64,000 bases of DNA from positions 28,768,001-28,832,000 of the forward strand of contig OZ024761.1 in NCBI GenBank assembly GCA_964016885.1. Direction: 5' to 3'. Below the pieces are notes generated by a model. That model was given only the letters and a program-made list of their open reading frames with translations, had not been told where the DNA came from and did no database searches. The position numbers and the translations under genes are program-made. Below are positions 42,092 to 55,885 of this stretch, piece by piece. The stretch's first letter is position 1, and each line of letters begins with the position of its first letter. Source of the DNA: Eledone cirrhosa. Lineage: Eukaryota.

Positions 42092-42412
42092 TTTACGCCC
42101 GCTTTTCCCTGCTTGCAAGGGTGGGACGGGAACTGATTCTGGCTCGATTTCTACAGCTGGATGCCCTTCCTAACACCAACCTCATTTACAGTGAGTGCAG
42201 GGTGCTTTTTTCCCGTGGCACCTCCACGACCACTTTACAGTGGAATGATATGGACCCCAGTCCCTATCATTTCATTTCTACAGCTGAGTAAACTGGAGCA
42301 ATGTGAAATAAAGTGTCTTGTTCAAGGAAACAACACATCACCCGGTCTGAGAATTGAACTCACAACCTTTCGATTGCAAGGCCAATGCTCTAACCACTAA
42401 GCCATGTGCCTC
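42092..42412 (-). mobile_element. tRNA-derived CORE-like SINE
   Basis: Reverse complement of 21432-21750. Confidence 0.85.
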
Positions 42413-42496
42413 CATATATATATATACACAGAAGACCCGACCCCAGACGAGTACAAGCTGAAGCTGAAGCATATAGACAATATGCCCCCACACCCT

Positions 42497-42727
42497 CCCA
42501 CTGCAAAGTGGTCGTGGAGGTGCCACAGCAAAAAAAGCACCCAGCACTCACTGTAAATGAGGTTAGTGTTATGAAGGGCATCCAGCTGTAGAAATCAAGC
42601 CAGAATCAGTTCCCGTAGGAGCAAGACAAGGTCAGCCGGACACTGCCCACAACAGGACAACCAGTCTAACCCATGCTAGCGTGGAAGAACGGACATAAAA
42701 CGGTGATGATGATGATGATGATGATGA
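42497..42727 (+). mobile_element. SINE 3' portion with (GAT)n tail
   Basis: Matches 21600-21715, then an alternative tail CTAACCCATGCTAGCGTGGAAG. Confidence 0.75.
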
Positions 42728-43634
42728 TATATATATATATATGAACAGAATGTGTGTCCATATCTATAAGTAATCATTACTTATGAGTATATAAGTGTGT
42801 CTGTGTGATGTCTATATGTGTGTGTTTATGTGTGCTTGTATACGTGTGTGTATACAGATATGTATGTATGTGTACAAATATGTATGTGTTGTGTCTATAT
42901 ATGTGTGTGTGTGTGCATACAGCTATGAATGCGTGGTGTCTATAGGTGCTTGTATGTGTATATACACGGATATGTATGTGTGGTGTCTATATGTGTGTGT
43001 GTGTGTACATGCGTGTGCATACAGATATGTATGCATGGTGTCTATATGTGCTAGTATGTGTATGTATGTATACACGGATATGTATGCCTGGTGTCTATAT
43101 ATGTACGTGTGTTTATGCGTGCATTTGTACGTGTGTATACAAATATGTATGTGTGGTGTGTATATGTGTGTGTATGTCTTTGTATGTGTGTCTATAGAGA
43201 TATTCATGTGTGGTGTGTATGTGTATGTATGTGTATGTGTGTGTATGTGTCTATTCAGACATGTATGTGTGGCATCTATTATCCGCTCTGATCATATTCT
43301 CATATATTTTGTTGGTAAATATGTAATTCAGATTTTATTATTTTTTTGTGTATGTATGTATGTATATGTGTTTGTGTGTGTGTTTGTGTGTGTGAATGTG
43401 TATATATGTGTGTGTGTTTGTGTGTGAATGTGTATGTATGTGTGCGTATGTGTGCGTATGTGTGTATGTGTTTGTGTGTGCGTGTGTTTGTGTGTGAATG
43501 TATGTATGTGTGTGTGTTTGTGTGAATGTGTATGTATGTGTATGTGTGCGTATGTGTGTGTTTGTGTGAATGTGTATGTATGTGTATGTGTGCGTATGTG
43601 TGTGTGTGCATATATGAATGTATGTGCTTGTGTT

Positions 43635-44425
43635 AAAGAAAAAGGTGTGTAAGTATATGTCAAAGAAAAAAAAGTAAGGTGTATTTATGTGTGTGTCTAT
43701 GTCAAAGAAAAGAAAGTAAAATGTGTGTGTGTATGTGTCAAAGAAAAGAAAGTAAAATGTGTGTGTGTGTGTGTTAAAGAAAAGAAAGTAAAATGAGTGT
43801 ATGTGCATGTGTATGTGTGTGTCAAAGAAAAGAAAGTAAAATGTGTGTGTGTGTATGTGTCAAAGAAAAGAAAGTAAAATGTGTGTGTGTATGTGTGTAT
43901 GTGTCAAAGAAAAAAAGTAAAATGTGTGTGTGTGTATGTCAAAGAAAAGAAAGTAAAATGTGTGTGTGTGTGTATGTGTCAAAGAAAAGAAAGTAAAATG
44001 TGTGTGTGTGTATGTGTCAAAGAAAAGAAAGTAAAATGTGTGTGTGTGTATGTCAAAGAAAAGAAAGTAAAATGTGTGTGTGTGTGTATGTCAAAGAAAA
44101 GAAAGTAAAATGTGTGTGTGTGTATGTGTCAAAGAAAAGAAAGTCAAATGTGTGTGTGTGTGTCAAAGAAAAGAAAGTAAAATGTGTGTGTGTGTGTGTG
44201 TGTATGCATGGGTCAAAGAAAAGAAAGTAAAGTATGTGTATATGTATGTATGTGTCAAAGAAAGTAAAGTATGTGTATATGTATGTATGTATGTGTCAAA
44301 GAAAGTAAAGTATGTGTATATGTATGTATGTGTCAAAGAAAGTAAAGTATGTGTATATGTATGTATGTATGTGTCAAAGAAAGTAAAGTATGTGTATATG
44401 TATGTGTCAAAGAAAAGAAAGTAAG
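43635..44425. repeat. Minisatellite GTCAAAGAAAAGAAAGTAAAAT plus variable (GT)n
   Basis: Direct reading, ~20 copies. Confidence 0.9.
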
Positions 44426-44859
44426 GTCTATGTATATGGGGTGGGGCCAGGGAAGGTAAGTAAGAAGAGGGGGGAGGTGGAGATGGACGACAACAACAAC
44501 AACAACATCAGTGATTCTTCTCCAAGCTACTCACAGAGGTTTCCACCCTATTGAGCAGTTAATCAAACCACATTTATATCCATCAAGAGAAACAGAGAGA
44601 GGGAGGGAGTGATGTAAAGAGAGATAGTTAAGGAAAGAGAGGGAGGTAAAGAGAGAGGGAGGGAGAGAGTCATAGAGAGGGGGAGAGAGAGAGCGATGCA
44701 AAGAGAGAGGGAGAGAGTGATGTGAAGAGAGCAAAAGGGAGAGAGTGATGTAAATAGAGAGAGAGAGATATATTTATTATTGTATTTTGTGGTGAAGGCT
44801 TTACTTTACATAACTATTTCACATAATATCAAATCTATGAGATTTTGATATTATTTATT

Positions 44860-45042
44860 TTGGCAGTATCGGTAGAGAGTCGGACATCATGCTTTGACGC
44901 ATAGAGTTACGGTCCTTGCCATTCTGAGTTCAAATCCCGCCGAGATTAACTTTGTCTTTCATCCTTACGGGGTCGATAAAATAAAGTACCAGTAATGCAC
45001 TGGGATAATTGCTGGCCTTGTGCCAAAAGTATAAACAATTAT
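44860..45042 (+). mobile_element. Meta/MESC-like SINE
   Basis: Same motifs as 37374-37555. Confidence 0.85.
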
Positions 45043-45792
45043 TTATTTTATGAACAATACCATAACATCAGTATGAGTGGCCAGTTACAGCCAGTTTGAA
45101 CAGAAACAGGCGAGAGAATTCTGGCTGGATACAGCCGGTTTAAATGTTAAAGGGTTAATATGACACTCTAAGACCTAGCAGCGTTTATTTGAAGGAAATT
45201 TTACAACTGCACAAATAATATCTGATATCGTCTGAGTCTAAAAAGCATTTATGATGAAATGGCTGTCTTTCTTCTTTTTACATCATGGCCGATGGCAACA
45301 TTTTTTTTTTTTTTATTATTTCGCTAACCATGTATAAACTTAAAATATAAAAAAGGTGCTTTAAATATAAGTATGATACACTATTTACAAAGAAGAGAAT
45401 AAAATGCTCTTATGAATGGAATCACGCAATTATCTCACAGAGATTTTAATATTATTTATTTTAAGAACAATACCTTAATGTTAGTATGAATGGCCAGTTA
45501 CAGCCTGTTTGAACAGAAATAGGGGAGAGAATTCTGGCTGGATACAGCCGGTTTAAATGCTAAAGGGTTAAATATGACTCTCTAGATCTAGCAGCATTTA
45601 TTTGATATCATCTGAGTCTAAAAAGCATTTATGATGTCTTTTTTTTTTTTACATCATGGCCGATGGCAACATTTTTTTTTTTTATTATTTCACTAACCAT
45701 GTATGAATCTAAAATATGAAAAAAGGTGCTTTAAATATAAGTGTGATATACAGTTTACAAAGAAGACAATAAAAAGTTCTTAGAATGGAATG
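45040..45792. repeat. Diverged tandem duplication (~413-bp period) containing a piggyBac-like terminus
   Basis: GCCGGTTTAAATG(T/C)TAAAGGGTTAA ends at 45158 and 45571 (reverse complement TTAA-CCC...). Confidence 0.7.
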
Positions 45793-46302
45793 AAGGGGGT
45801 TCATTATTGAGAATGTTCTAATCAGGCTAGTGAATCCATTGAGAAGGATTATAGTAAAAAGCAGAAGAAAACTATCTTTTTTCCCCCTCTTTAAGGGTCT
45901 TCACACTATTTTATAAGCTATTTTATAGCATATCCATACATGAGCACATCATTCTTTATATCCATTTTACGAGTGTTTGAAATGTTTCAGCCATCATTTA
46001 TAAATGTAAGCAGTACATGTAGTATTTGACATAATGTGTAAACTAACTGCACAAAATTACATTTACAACTGCAAAAACCTTTAAGGGATTTGCAGTGACC
46101 CAGTGTTTGATATTCTCTGAGTCTGAGAAGCATTTCTAAAGTCATGGCTGGTGTTTTTAATGTTTTTAATATTTGAATGTTTTAAGTCTTTTAACCATCA
46201 TTTAACATGTAAACACCACATGTAATATATTTGACATAAAATTAGATTTAGAACTTCACGAGCAAGGGTAAACAGCACATCAAAATGAATACTTAAACCC
46301 TA

Positions 46303-48515
46303 TCTTCAGCAATGTAACAGTCACAATGATTCCATAACACAGTCTTCAGCAAGTAACAGGTCACAATGATTCTATAACACAGTCTTCAGCAATGTAACAG
46401 TCACAATGATTCTATAACACAGTCTTCAGCAATGTAACAGTCACAATGATTCCATAACACAGTCTTCAGCAAGTAACAGGTCACAATGATTCTATAACAC
46501 AGTCTTCAGCAAGTAACAGGTCACAATGATTCTATAACACAGTCTTCAGCAATGTAACAGTCACAATAATCCTATAACACAGTCTTCAGCAATGTAACAG
46601 TCACAATGATTCTATAACACAGTCTTCAGCAATGTAACAGTCACAATGATTCTATAACACAGTCTTCAGCAATGTAACAGTCACAATGATTCTATAACAC
46701 AGTCTTCAGCAATGTAACAGTCACAATGATTCTATAACACAGTCTTCAGCAATGTAACAGTCACAATGATTCTATAACACAGTCTTCAGCAATGTAACAG
46801 TCACAATGATTCTATAACACAGTCTTCAGCAATGTAACAGTCACAATGATTCTATAACACAGTCTTCAGCAATGTAACAATTACAATAATCCTATAACAC
46901 AGTCTTCAGCAATGTAACAGTCACAATGATTCTATAACACAGTCTTCAGCAACGTAACAGTCACGATGATTCTATAACACAGTCTTCAGCAATGTAACAG
47001 TCACAATAATCCTATAACACAGTCTTCAGCAATGTAACAGTCACAATAATCCTATAACACAGTCTTCAGCAATGTAACAGTCATAATGATTCTATAACAC
47101 AGTCTTCAGCAATGTAACAGTCACAATGATTCTATAACACAGTCTTCAGCAATGTAACAGTCACAATGATTCTATAACACAGTCTTCAGCAATGTAACAG
47201 TCACAATGATTCTATAACACAGTCTTCAGCAATGTAACAGTCACAATGATTCTATAACACAGTCTTCAGCAATGTAACAGTCACAATGATTCTATAACAC
47301 AGTCTTCAGCAATGTAACAGTCACAATGATTCTATAACACAGTCTTCAGCAATGTAACAGTCACAATGATTCTATAACACAGTCTTCAGCAATGTAACAG
47401 TTGCAATGATTCCATAACACAGTCTTCAGCAAGTAACAGGTCACAATGATTCTATAACACAGTCTTCAGCAATGTAACAGTCGCAATGATTCTATAACAC
47501 AGTCTTCAGCAATGTAACAGTCACAATGATTCTATAACACAGTCTTCAGCAATGTAACAGTCACAATGATTCTATAACACAGTCTTCAGCAATGTAACAG
47601 TCACAATGATTCTATAACACAGTCTTCAGCAATGTAACAGTCACAATGATTCCATAACACAGTCTTCAGCAAGTAACAGGTCACAATGATTCTATAACAC
47701 AGTCTTCAGCAATGTAACAGTCGCAATGATTCTATAACACAGTCTTCAGCAATGTAACAGTCACAATGATTCCATAACACAGTCTTCAGCAAGTAACAGG
47801 TCACAATGATTCTATAACACAGTCTTCAGCAATGTAACAGTCGCAATGATTCTATAACACAGTCTTCAGCAATGTAACAGTCACAATGATTCCATAACAC
47901 AGTCTTCAGCAAGTAACAGGTCACAATGATTCTATAACACAGTCTTCAGCAATGTAACAGTCACAATGATTCTATAACACAGTCTTCAGCAATGTAACAG
48001 TCACAATGATTCAATAACACAGTCTTCAGCAAGTAACAGGTCACAATGATTCTATAACACAGTCTTCAGCAATGTAACAGTTGCAATGATTCTATAACAC
48101 AGTCTTCAGCAATGTAACAGTCACGATGATTCCATAACACAGTCTTCAGCAAGTAACAGGTCACAATGATTCTATAACACAGTCTTCAGCAATGTAACAG
48201 TCGCAATGATTCTATAACACAGTCTTCAGCAATGTAACAGTCGCAATGATTCTATAACACAGTCTTCAGCAATGTAACAGTCACAATGATTCTATAACAC
48301 AGTCTTCAGCAATGTAACAGGTCACAATGATTCTATAACACAGTCTTCAGCAATGTAACAGTCACAATGATTCTATAACACAGTCTTCAGCAATGTAACA
48401 GTCATAATGATTCTATAACACAGTCTTCAGCAATGTAACAGTCACAATGATTCTATAACACAGTCTTCAGCAATGTAACAGGTCACAATGATTCTATAAC
48501 ACAGTCTTCAGCAAT
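46303..48515. repeat. 40-bp tandem satellite, ~55 copies
   Basis: Unit AGTCTTCAGCAATGTAACAGTCACAATGATTCTATAACAC. Confidence 0.97.
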
Positions 48516-48774
48516 GAAAGAATATCGACTCCATTTTTTACAAAACCAAAATTCTTTCCTGTAAATTAATTAAAAAATGTGTTTACAGTATCTGCCCTGC
48601 TCCCCTGGGGTGTGGAGACAGTGAGGTGAGCGGGGATGAGAAACTAAGTCCGTCCTCGCGGGATTTGAACTTGTCAATACACAGAGACAGAACTTAATAA
48701 AAATTGAAAGTAATTAGTGCAGTGATGTAGTAATTATATAACTCTACAACACTTGCCAATGCTAATATTAAAAC

Positions 48775-48820
<46 letters not shown>

Positions 48821-48839
48821 TTATAGATATATATACACA

Positions 48840-48874
<35 letters not shown>

Positions 48875-49023
48875 GTTAACAGATAACATTTATATATATA
48901 TTTATATATATATATCTGTTATTTATATATATTTATATATATATATCTGTTAACAGATAACATCTGAAATATATATGTATATATATGTATAAATATGTGT
49001 ATATATATATACATATATATATG

Positions 49024-49085
<62 letters not shown>

Positions 49086-49206
49086 TATTTATAGATATAT
49101 ATACATATATATATATATATACACATTTCAAATGTTATCTGTTAACAAAACAAAGACTATCTTTAATAAAGTAGTCAATTTTTATTATCTTTGATTTTAC
49201 ACACGC

Positions 49207-49239
<33 letters not shown>

Positions 49240-49255
49240 CACACACACACAGGTG

Positions 49256-49287
<32 letters not shown>

Positions 49288-49412
49288 CATATATATATGT
49301 GCGTATATATATATATATGGGTACATATATATATATGTGTGTATATATATATATATATATGTGTGTTTATATATATATATATATGTGTGTTTATATATAT
49401 ATATATATGTGT

Positions 49413-49463
<51 letters not shown>

Positions 49464-49715
49464 CGTAAACACACATACACACACAAGTTATAATTGCAAA
49501 CATTCCATGTAAATATCGTGGAGAAATTGCAAACCTGTCCCATCCCTTTGGAGTTTTTGTCTAGACGTGAAGAAAAATTGAATAAAAAATCACATACCCC
49601 ACCCAACCACCCTCACACAAAAATATATATAGAGAGAGAGAATATAAGTAGAATATATAAAATATATAATATATTTACATACACACACACACACATATAT
49701 ATATTTATAAGTATT

Positions 49716-49749
<34 letters not shown>

Positions 49750-49888
49750 TATATAATTATATATATATATATATATATATGTTATATATTTGGTCGTCAA
49801 GTATGAAATTTGTAAATATTTGTAGAAAGAAAAGAAATGGCTACAAATTGCATACTTGACGACTCAATATATATATATAAAATCATGT

Positions 49889-49919
<31 letters not shown>

Positions 49920-50164
49920 AATTATATATGTATATATATATATTATTACTTCATCCTTTTCTTTCTTTCTCTTTTATCTATTTTTGCTGTTCTGATTTCT
50001 ATCTTCTTCATTCATTTATTTTCAATGAGGTGTGTCTTGTTAAACATAAGTTTGTGGTAATGAAATTATATATACATATATGTGTGTGTTTGTGTGTGAG
50101 TGAGTGTATGTGAGTGTATATTTATCTGGAGAGAGAGAGGAGAGATGGGAGAGAGATGTATGTG

Positions 50165-50205
<41 letters not shown>

Positions 50206-50375
50206 CATACATACAAACATACATATATATAAAAATATATATACATATATATATATATACATATATATATGTATATATACATATATATACATATATATAT
50301 GTATATATACATGTATGTATATATATATGCATATATATGTATATATATATATATACGTATATATATACATATATA

Positions 50376-50411
<36 letters not shown>

Positions 50412-50624
50412 TATACACACACATATGCAAATATGAATATATAAATATTGTTTTTTTTGTATGCTTATGGACAAAAATAGATTTCTCTATTCACAGACAG
50501 ACACGGGTGTGTGAGTGTGTGTGAGTGTGTGTTGTGTGTGTGTGTGTGTGTGTATGTGTGTGAATGTTTATGTAAATATGCATATATGAGTGAAAATCGG
50601 TGTGAGACAAACTCGCACACGAGT

Positions 50625-51835
50625 GCACACACAGACACAAACATACGCAAACATACACACACACACAGACACAGACACAAGCATACACAGAGACACAGAG
50701 ACAAGCATACATACACAGACACACAAGCATACATACACAGACACAGAGACACAAGCATACACACAGACACAGAGACACAAGCATACACACAGGCACAAGC
50801 ATACACACACAGACACAGAGACACAAGCATACACACACAGACACAAGCATACACACACAGACACAGAGACACAAGTATACATACACAGACACACAAGCAT
50901 ACACACACAGAGTCACAGAGACACAAGCATACACACACAGACACAGACACACAAGCATACACACACAGAGTCACAGAGACACAAGCATACACACACAGAC
51001 AAGCATACACACACAGACACAGAGACACAAGCATACATACACAGACACACAAGCATACACACACAGACACAGAGACACAAGCATACACACGGAGTCACAG
51101 AGACACAAGCATACACACACAGACACAGAGACACAAACATACACACACAGAGACACAAGCATACACACACAGACACAGAGACACAAGCATACACACAGAG
51201 ACACAAACATACGCAAACATACACACACAGACACAGAGACACAAACATACACACACAGACACAAACATACACACACAGACACAGAGACAAGCATACACAC
51301 AGACACAGAGACACAAGCATACACACAGAGTCACAGAGACACAAGCATACACACACAGACACAGATAGATGCATGGATACAAACAGATATATGGATACAG
51401 ACACAGACATACACACACTCTGACAGACATACACACGCACACAATCTGACAGACATACACACGCACACAGACAGGCATATACAAACACGCACTGACAAAC
51501 ATACACAAACACACACTCTGACAGACATACACAAATATATACACACACATGCACACAATCTGACAGACATACACACGCACTCACAGACATGCATATACAA
51601 ACACACACTGACAAACATACACAAACACACTCTGACAGACATACACAAATATATATACACACATACACACTCTGACAGACATACACAAATATATATACAC
51701 ACATACACACTCTGACAGACATACACAAACATACACAGACACACACAAACACACACACTCTGACAGACATACACAGACATACACACACAAAGACATATAA
51801 ACAAAGTCAGACACATTTACAGACAGACATACACA
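50625..51835. repeat. CA/GA-rich compound minisatellites
   Basis: ACACAGAGACACAAGCATAC and CTGACAGACATACAC units. Confidence 0.9.
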
Positions 51836-52262
51836 TACAGAGAGAGAGAGAAAGGGAGAGAGAAAGATAGAGGGGATAGAGAGAGGGGGGAGAGAGAGAG
51901 GGGAGAGAGAGATAGGGGAGAGAGAGGGGGAGAGAGAGATAGGGGAGAGAGAGGGAGAGGGTAGCGAGAGGGGATATGGTAGCGAGAGGGGAGAGAGAAA
52001 ATCAGTAAAGTAGATTTATGAAAAATACTTGTAAACTTCAAAAGTGCTGCCACTCTATGGAAGAGAGCAACATTGCACAGTTGGGTGCTTATTAATGTCT
52101 AGGTAGACTGAGCCAGTGAGAATTAAGTACCATGGTCATCAATCAAACCTATATATGAGGGTTGGTTGAAAGGTTCATAGGATGACCAAGATACTCTCAT
52201 GGAATGACCAAATGAGATATATTTCTTAACATAGGCCCTGGTAAGAAACAATACAGTTATTA

Positions 52263-52450
52263 ATCATCATCCCGTGGCCTCAGCTGAAATGGACTCAACA
52301 ATTGATCTCCACATGGGTCTGTCGTTCATTGCTGTTGCCAAGTCCTGGATTTCAATACCAGAATCTCTGGAGATTACATCAAGATAGGAGAGCTTGCGCC
52401 TCCTGTTATTAGTGACTGCTTGTGGTTGCCAAAGCACTAATGGGGACACA
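52263..52450 (-). mobile_element. RTE-group LINE 3' fragment
   Basis: LWQP...SYLDVISRDSG...LATAMNDRPMWR motif; TGATGA tail. Confidence 0.7.
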
Positions 52451-52752
52451 GTTAGTAATAAGAAGTGTTGAAATTAATGCATGCAAGATTTCATATGTCA
52501 CTGGTACTTTGAGAGTGAGCAACACCAAATATCAATCAGCCTGGAGCATATCAAGGAATCGAAATAACAGAAGTCAGCTTTATTTCTTATTTATGGTTTT
52601 CCATCTTTTCTGTACAACTTCTAGCTGTCTGATGAAGTCATAAGTGCTACATAACGGTTATCACGCAATTATGAATAAACAAAGTGAATTATAACCAGTT
52701 GATGATTATATATATATATCCGTCCCTTCAATCTCTCTTATTTCTCATTCTT

Positions 52753-52788
52753 TCTTCTGATGAAAGGCTAGCGTCCGAAATGTTAATA
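52753..52788 (+). ncRNA. Minimal hammerhead candidate, family E (second copy, decayed)
   Basis: tctt CTGATGA aaggctagcgtcc GAAA tg TT aata. Confidence 0.55.
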
Positions 52789-53016
52789 CCATCTTCCTGC
52801 TATTTCAAGCGTTAACCTAATATATTCCTTCCATATACTGTACTGATTTCTGTTTACCTTTTACATATATATATATATAAGTAGAAGGGATATTTAATTT
52901 GTTGGAAATTCAACAAATATAAATGTTTATAACTGAATCAAAGCACTCAACAGATTTCTGGAGTAAATATTCAATGATATTAAATAAATGGAAACTATAT
53001 TTATAAAACCATATTT

Positions 53017-53076
53017 ATTCTATTATATATATTTCAAGGGTACCAAAAACTTTGGTACGCTTTCATCAGATAAAAT
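53017..53076 (-). ncRNA. Type I hammerhead candidate, family C
   Basis: attttat CTGATGA aag cgtaccaaa gtt tttggtacc ctt GAAA tatata TA atagaat. Confidence 0.78.
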
Positions 53077-53220
53077 ACAAAGTGTGTTTTATAAATTTTG
53101 ACATAGCCAAGGAAAACATACCTTATCAGTTGAATATCAGTTGAATATCTATCCAAGGAATATTCAACTGATAAGGTATGTTTTACTTGGCTATGTCAAA
53201 ATTTATAAAACACACTTTGT

Positions 53221-53280
53221 ATTTTATCTGATGATAGCGTACCAAAATTTTTGGTACCCTTGAAATATATATAATAGAAT
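53221..53280 (+). ncRNA. Type I hammerhead candidate, family C
   Basis: attttat CTGATGA tagcgtaccaaaatttttggtaccctt GAAA tatata TA atagaat. Confidence 0.78.
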
Positions 53281-53336
53281 AAATATGGTTTTATAAATAT
53301 AGTTTCCATTTATTTAATATCATTATATATATATAT

Positions 53337-53465
53337 CCCTTTATGATCTGAGTTCAAATCCCGCCGAGGTTAACTTTACCTTTCATCCTTATAGGGTCGA
53401 TAAAATAAAGTACCAGTAATACACTGCGATAATTGCTGGCCTTGTGCCAAAAGTAGAAATAATTA
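53337..53465 (+). mobile_element. Meta/MESC-like SINE, 5'-truncated
   Basis: GAGTTCAAATCCCGCCGAGGT...GTCGATAAAATAAAGTACCAG. Confidence 0.8.
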
Positions 53466-53475
53466 TATATATATA

Positions 53476-53808
53476 TCATCATTTCATTTTTACGTTCGCT
53501 TTTTCCCTTCTTGCAAGGGTGGGACGGGAACTGATTCTGGCTTGATTTCTACAGCTGGATGCCCTTCCTAACACCAACCTCATTTACAGTGAGTGCTGGG
53601 TGCTTTTTTTGCCGTGGCACCTCCACGACCACTTTGCAGTGGAATGATAGGGACCCCAGTCCCTATCATCTCATTTCTACAGCTGAGTAAACTGGAGCAA
53701 TGTGAAATAAAGTGTCTTGCTCAAGGAAACAACACATCACCCGGTCTGAGAATTGAACTCACAACCTTTCGATTGCAAGGCCAATGCTCTAACCACTAGG
53801 CCATGTAC
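53476..53808 (-). mobile_element. tRNA-derived CORE-like SINE
   Basis: Reverse complement of 21432-21750. Confidence 0.85.
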
Positions 53809-54049
53809 ATATATAAGCAGGTGGAACATATTGCTTTGAAGCATTCACTACGTAAGATGGACCCAAGTGCAGTGCCTGCAAAAATCTAGCAGGAATTGAG
53901 GTGCAATGTAAGTGGACGATTTCTTCTATCAAGAGCTGGATTCAGCAACCATCTAAAGTCACAGGAGCCAGGGAGAAATCAAGCCATTTGTGAGATGGTT
54001 TTACTCACATACCTCCACATTGAGTGTGGCGTAATTTACAAGTCAGTTA

Positions 54050-54497
54050 GTGGACAATGACTGTCTCCGCCACATTCTTCGCTGCCGACGCATTGATCAG
54101 GTACCTACCACCAGTCTTCGTCTTCGCCTGAATCTTCGACCCCTTCCTGCAGTGCTTCTGCAATGGCGCTTCAGATGGTTTGGTCACGCAACGCGGCGCA
54201 CTGAGCGTGAGCTGATCCGCGATGTTCTCCTCTCCCCTCCACTCCCTAACTGGCGCAAGCGCGTTGGCGAGCAGCTGAAGTCCTGGACAACGATGAACAA
54301 GGAATACCTCTCCGAACTCTCAGGTCCGCAGGTGGTCGGCCTGCGGCGATGGAACCGTGACTGGCTCGCTATCTCCAGTGATCTAGCCCGAAACAGTCAT
54401 GCGTGGGTTGCCATGGTTCGGGATGCCGTCAGGACAAGGGAAGAAGCCGGCTCAACCCGTCCAGGGTGAATGTCGACACAAGTACAAGTAAGTAAGT
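54050..54497 (+). mobile_element. RTE-clade LINE 3' fragment (GC-rich, ORF 54050-54469)
   Basis: DNDCLRHIL...RFRWFGHATR...KSW motifs; tail CAAGTACAAGTAAGTAAGT. Confidence 0.85.
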
Positions 54498-54681
54498 GTC
54501 TAGACATGGTAGAATGCATGAAGACACAACCCAGCTGGTTAATGCCAGGAGACAAACAGTTCAAGTGTCACATTTGTGAATGTACTTCAGAAACAAAAGA
54601 TGGTTTGAAAAGTCACCTGTATGCACATGATTGTGCAATGTTCAATGAAGGAATGGCACTCTATTGACAAGAAATGGCAAT

Positions 54682-54751
<70 letters not shown>

Positions 54752-55050
54752 TATGTGCGTTTAGTAACAATGAGTGGAATTATATATTTATAAAATTATG
54801 TATATATAAAATATATACATACATAGACAGAGGAAGAAATTGCAACATTTTTGCAAGGAATACACACACACACTCATATATATACACACACACACACATA
54901 TATATATACATAGATAAGAATGTTCTATCCTGATTTTTATATATATATTTACATATACACATACATATATAACCCATGTGTGCCATATAAGTACATAATA
55001 CACTGCCAATAGACAATACAGACATATACATACTCATAAGTGTGTATGTG

Positions 55051-55127
<77 letters not shown>

Positions 55128-55229
55128 CCATGTGCAGTATATATACATAATACATTTTCAATAGACAACAATGAAAGTTAAGTGGTATTTCATTTACAGA
55201 AGAAAAAATATAATAAAAAGCATATTTAC

Positions 55230-55885
55230 AGATTATTGTTATCATTATTACTACCACCACTACCACTACTACCATTATTACTACTGCCACCACTACCATT
55301 ACCACCACCTTCATCATTACTAATACCACTACCATTATCACTACTACTACCACTACTACCATTATTACTACTACCACCGCTACCATTACCACCACCTTCA
55401 TCATTACTAATACCACTACCATTATCACTACAACTACCACTACTACCATTATTACTACTGCCACCACTACCATTACCACCACCTTCATCATTACTAATAC
55501 CACTACCATTATCACTACTACTACCACTACTACCATTATTACTACTGCCACCACTACCATTACCACCACCTTCATCATTACTAATACCACTACCATTATC
55601 ACTACAACTACCACTACTACCATTATTACTACTACCACCACCTTCATCATTACTAATACCACTACCATTATCACTACAACTACCACTACTACCATTATTA
55701 CTACTGCCACCACTACCACTACCACCACTATCACTATGATAACCACTACTGCCATCACTACCACAAACACCACCACCATTATTACTACCATTGCCACCAC
55801 AACTATCACCATTACCAACACTATAATTATCACTACTACCACCACGGCAATTATCATCACCACTACCACCACTACTACTATTAGT
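55230..55885. repeat. (ACT/ACC/ATT) trinucleotide compound repeat with 87-bp unit
   Basis: 29-aa periodicity in the artefact ORFs. Confidence 0.9.

Larger units (their letters stand above)
52880..53325. mobile_element. Family C fold-back element, ~165-bp inverted arms, flanked by (TA)n
   Basis: 52973-53137 is the reverse complement of 53160-53324 with few mismatches. Confidence 0.85.

Noticed and set aside
43635-44425. Constant motif with variable spacers resembling CRISPR (also 60150-62217 and 63498-64000)
   Set aside because: Spacers are just microsatellite length variants in eukaryotic DNA
46303-48515. CRISPR array, or hammerhead satellite (CTGAAGA on the minus strand)
   Set aside because: No unique spacers or cas genes; CTGAAGA is followed by GAAT rather than GAAA, with no stems I/III
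52152-52240. Mariner-like terminus (TATGAGGGTTGGTTGAAAGGTTC)
   Set aside because: Single short end with no partner TIR or transposase found; too weak to list
52623-52710. CTGATGA with a TCATAA/TTATGA stem as a hammerhead
   Set aside because: No GAAA after stem II and no clear stems I/III
53161-53215. Second tandem hammerhead (CTGATAA...GTCAAAA) upstream of the family C motif
   Set aside because: Two core mismatches, weak stems, not evident in the 56.5 kb copy
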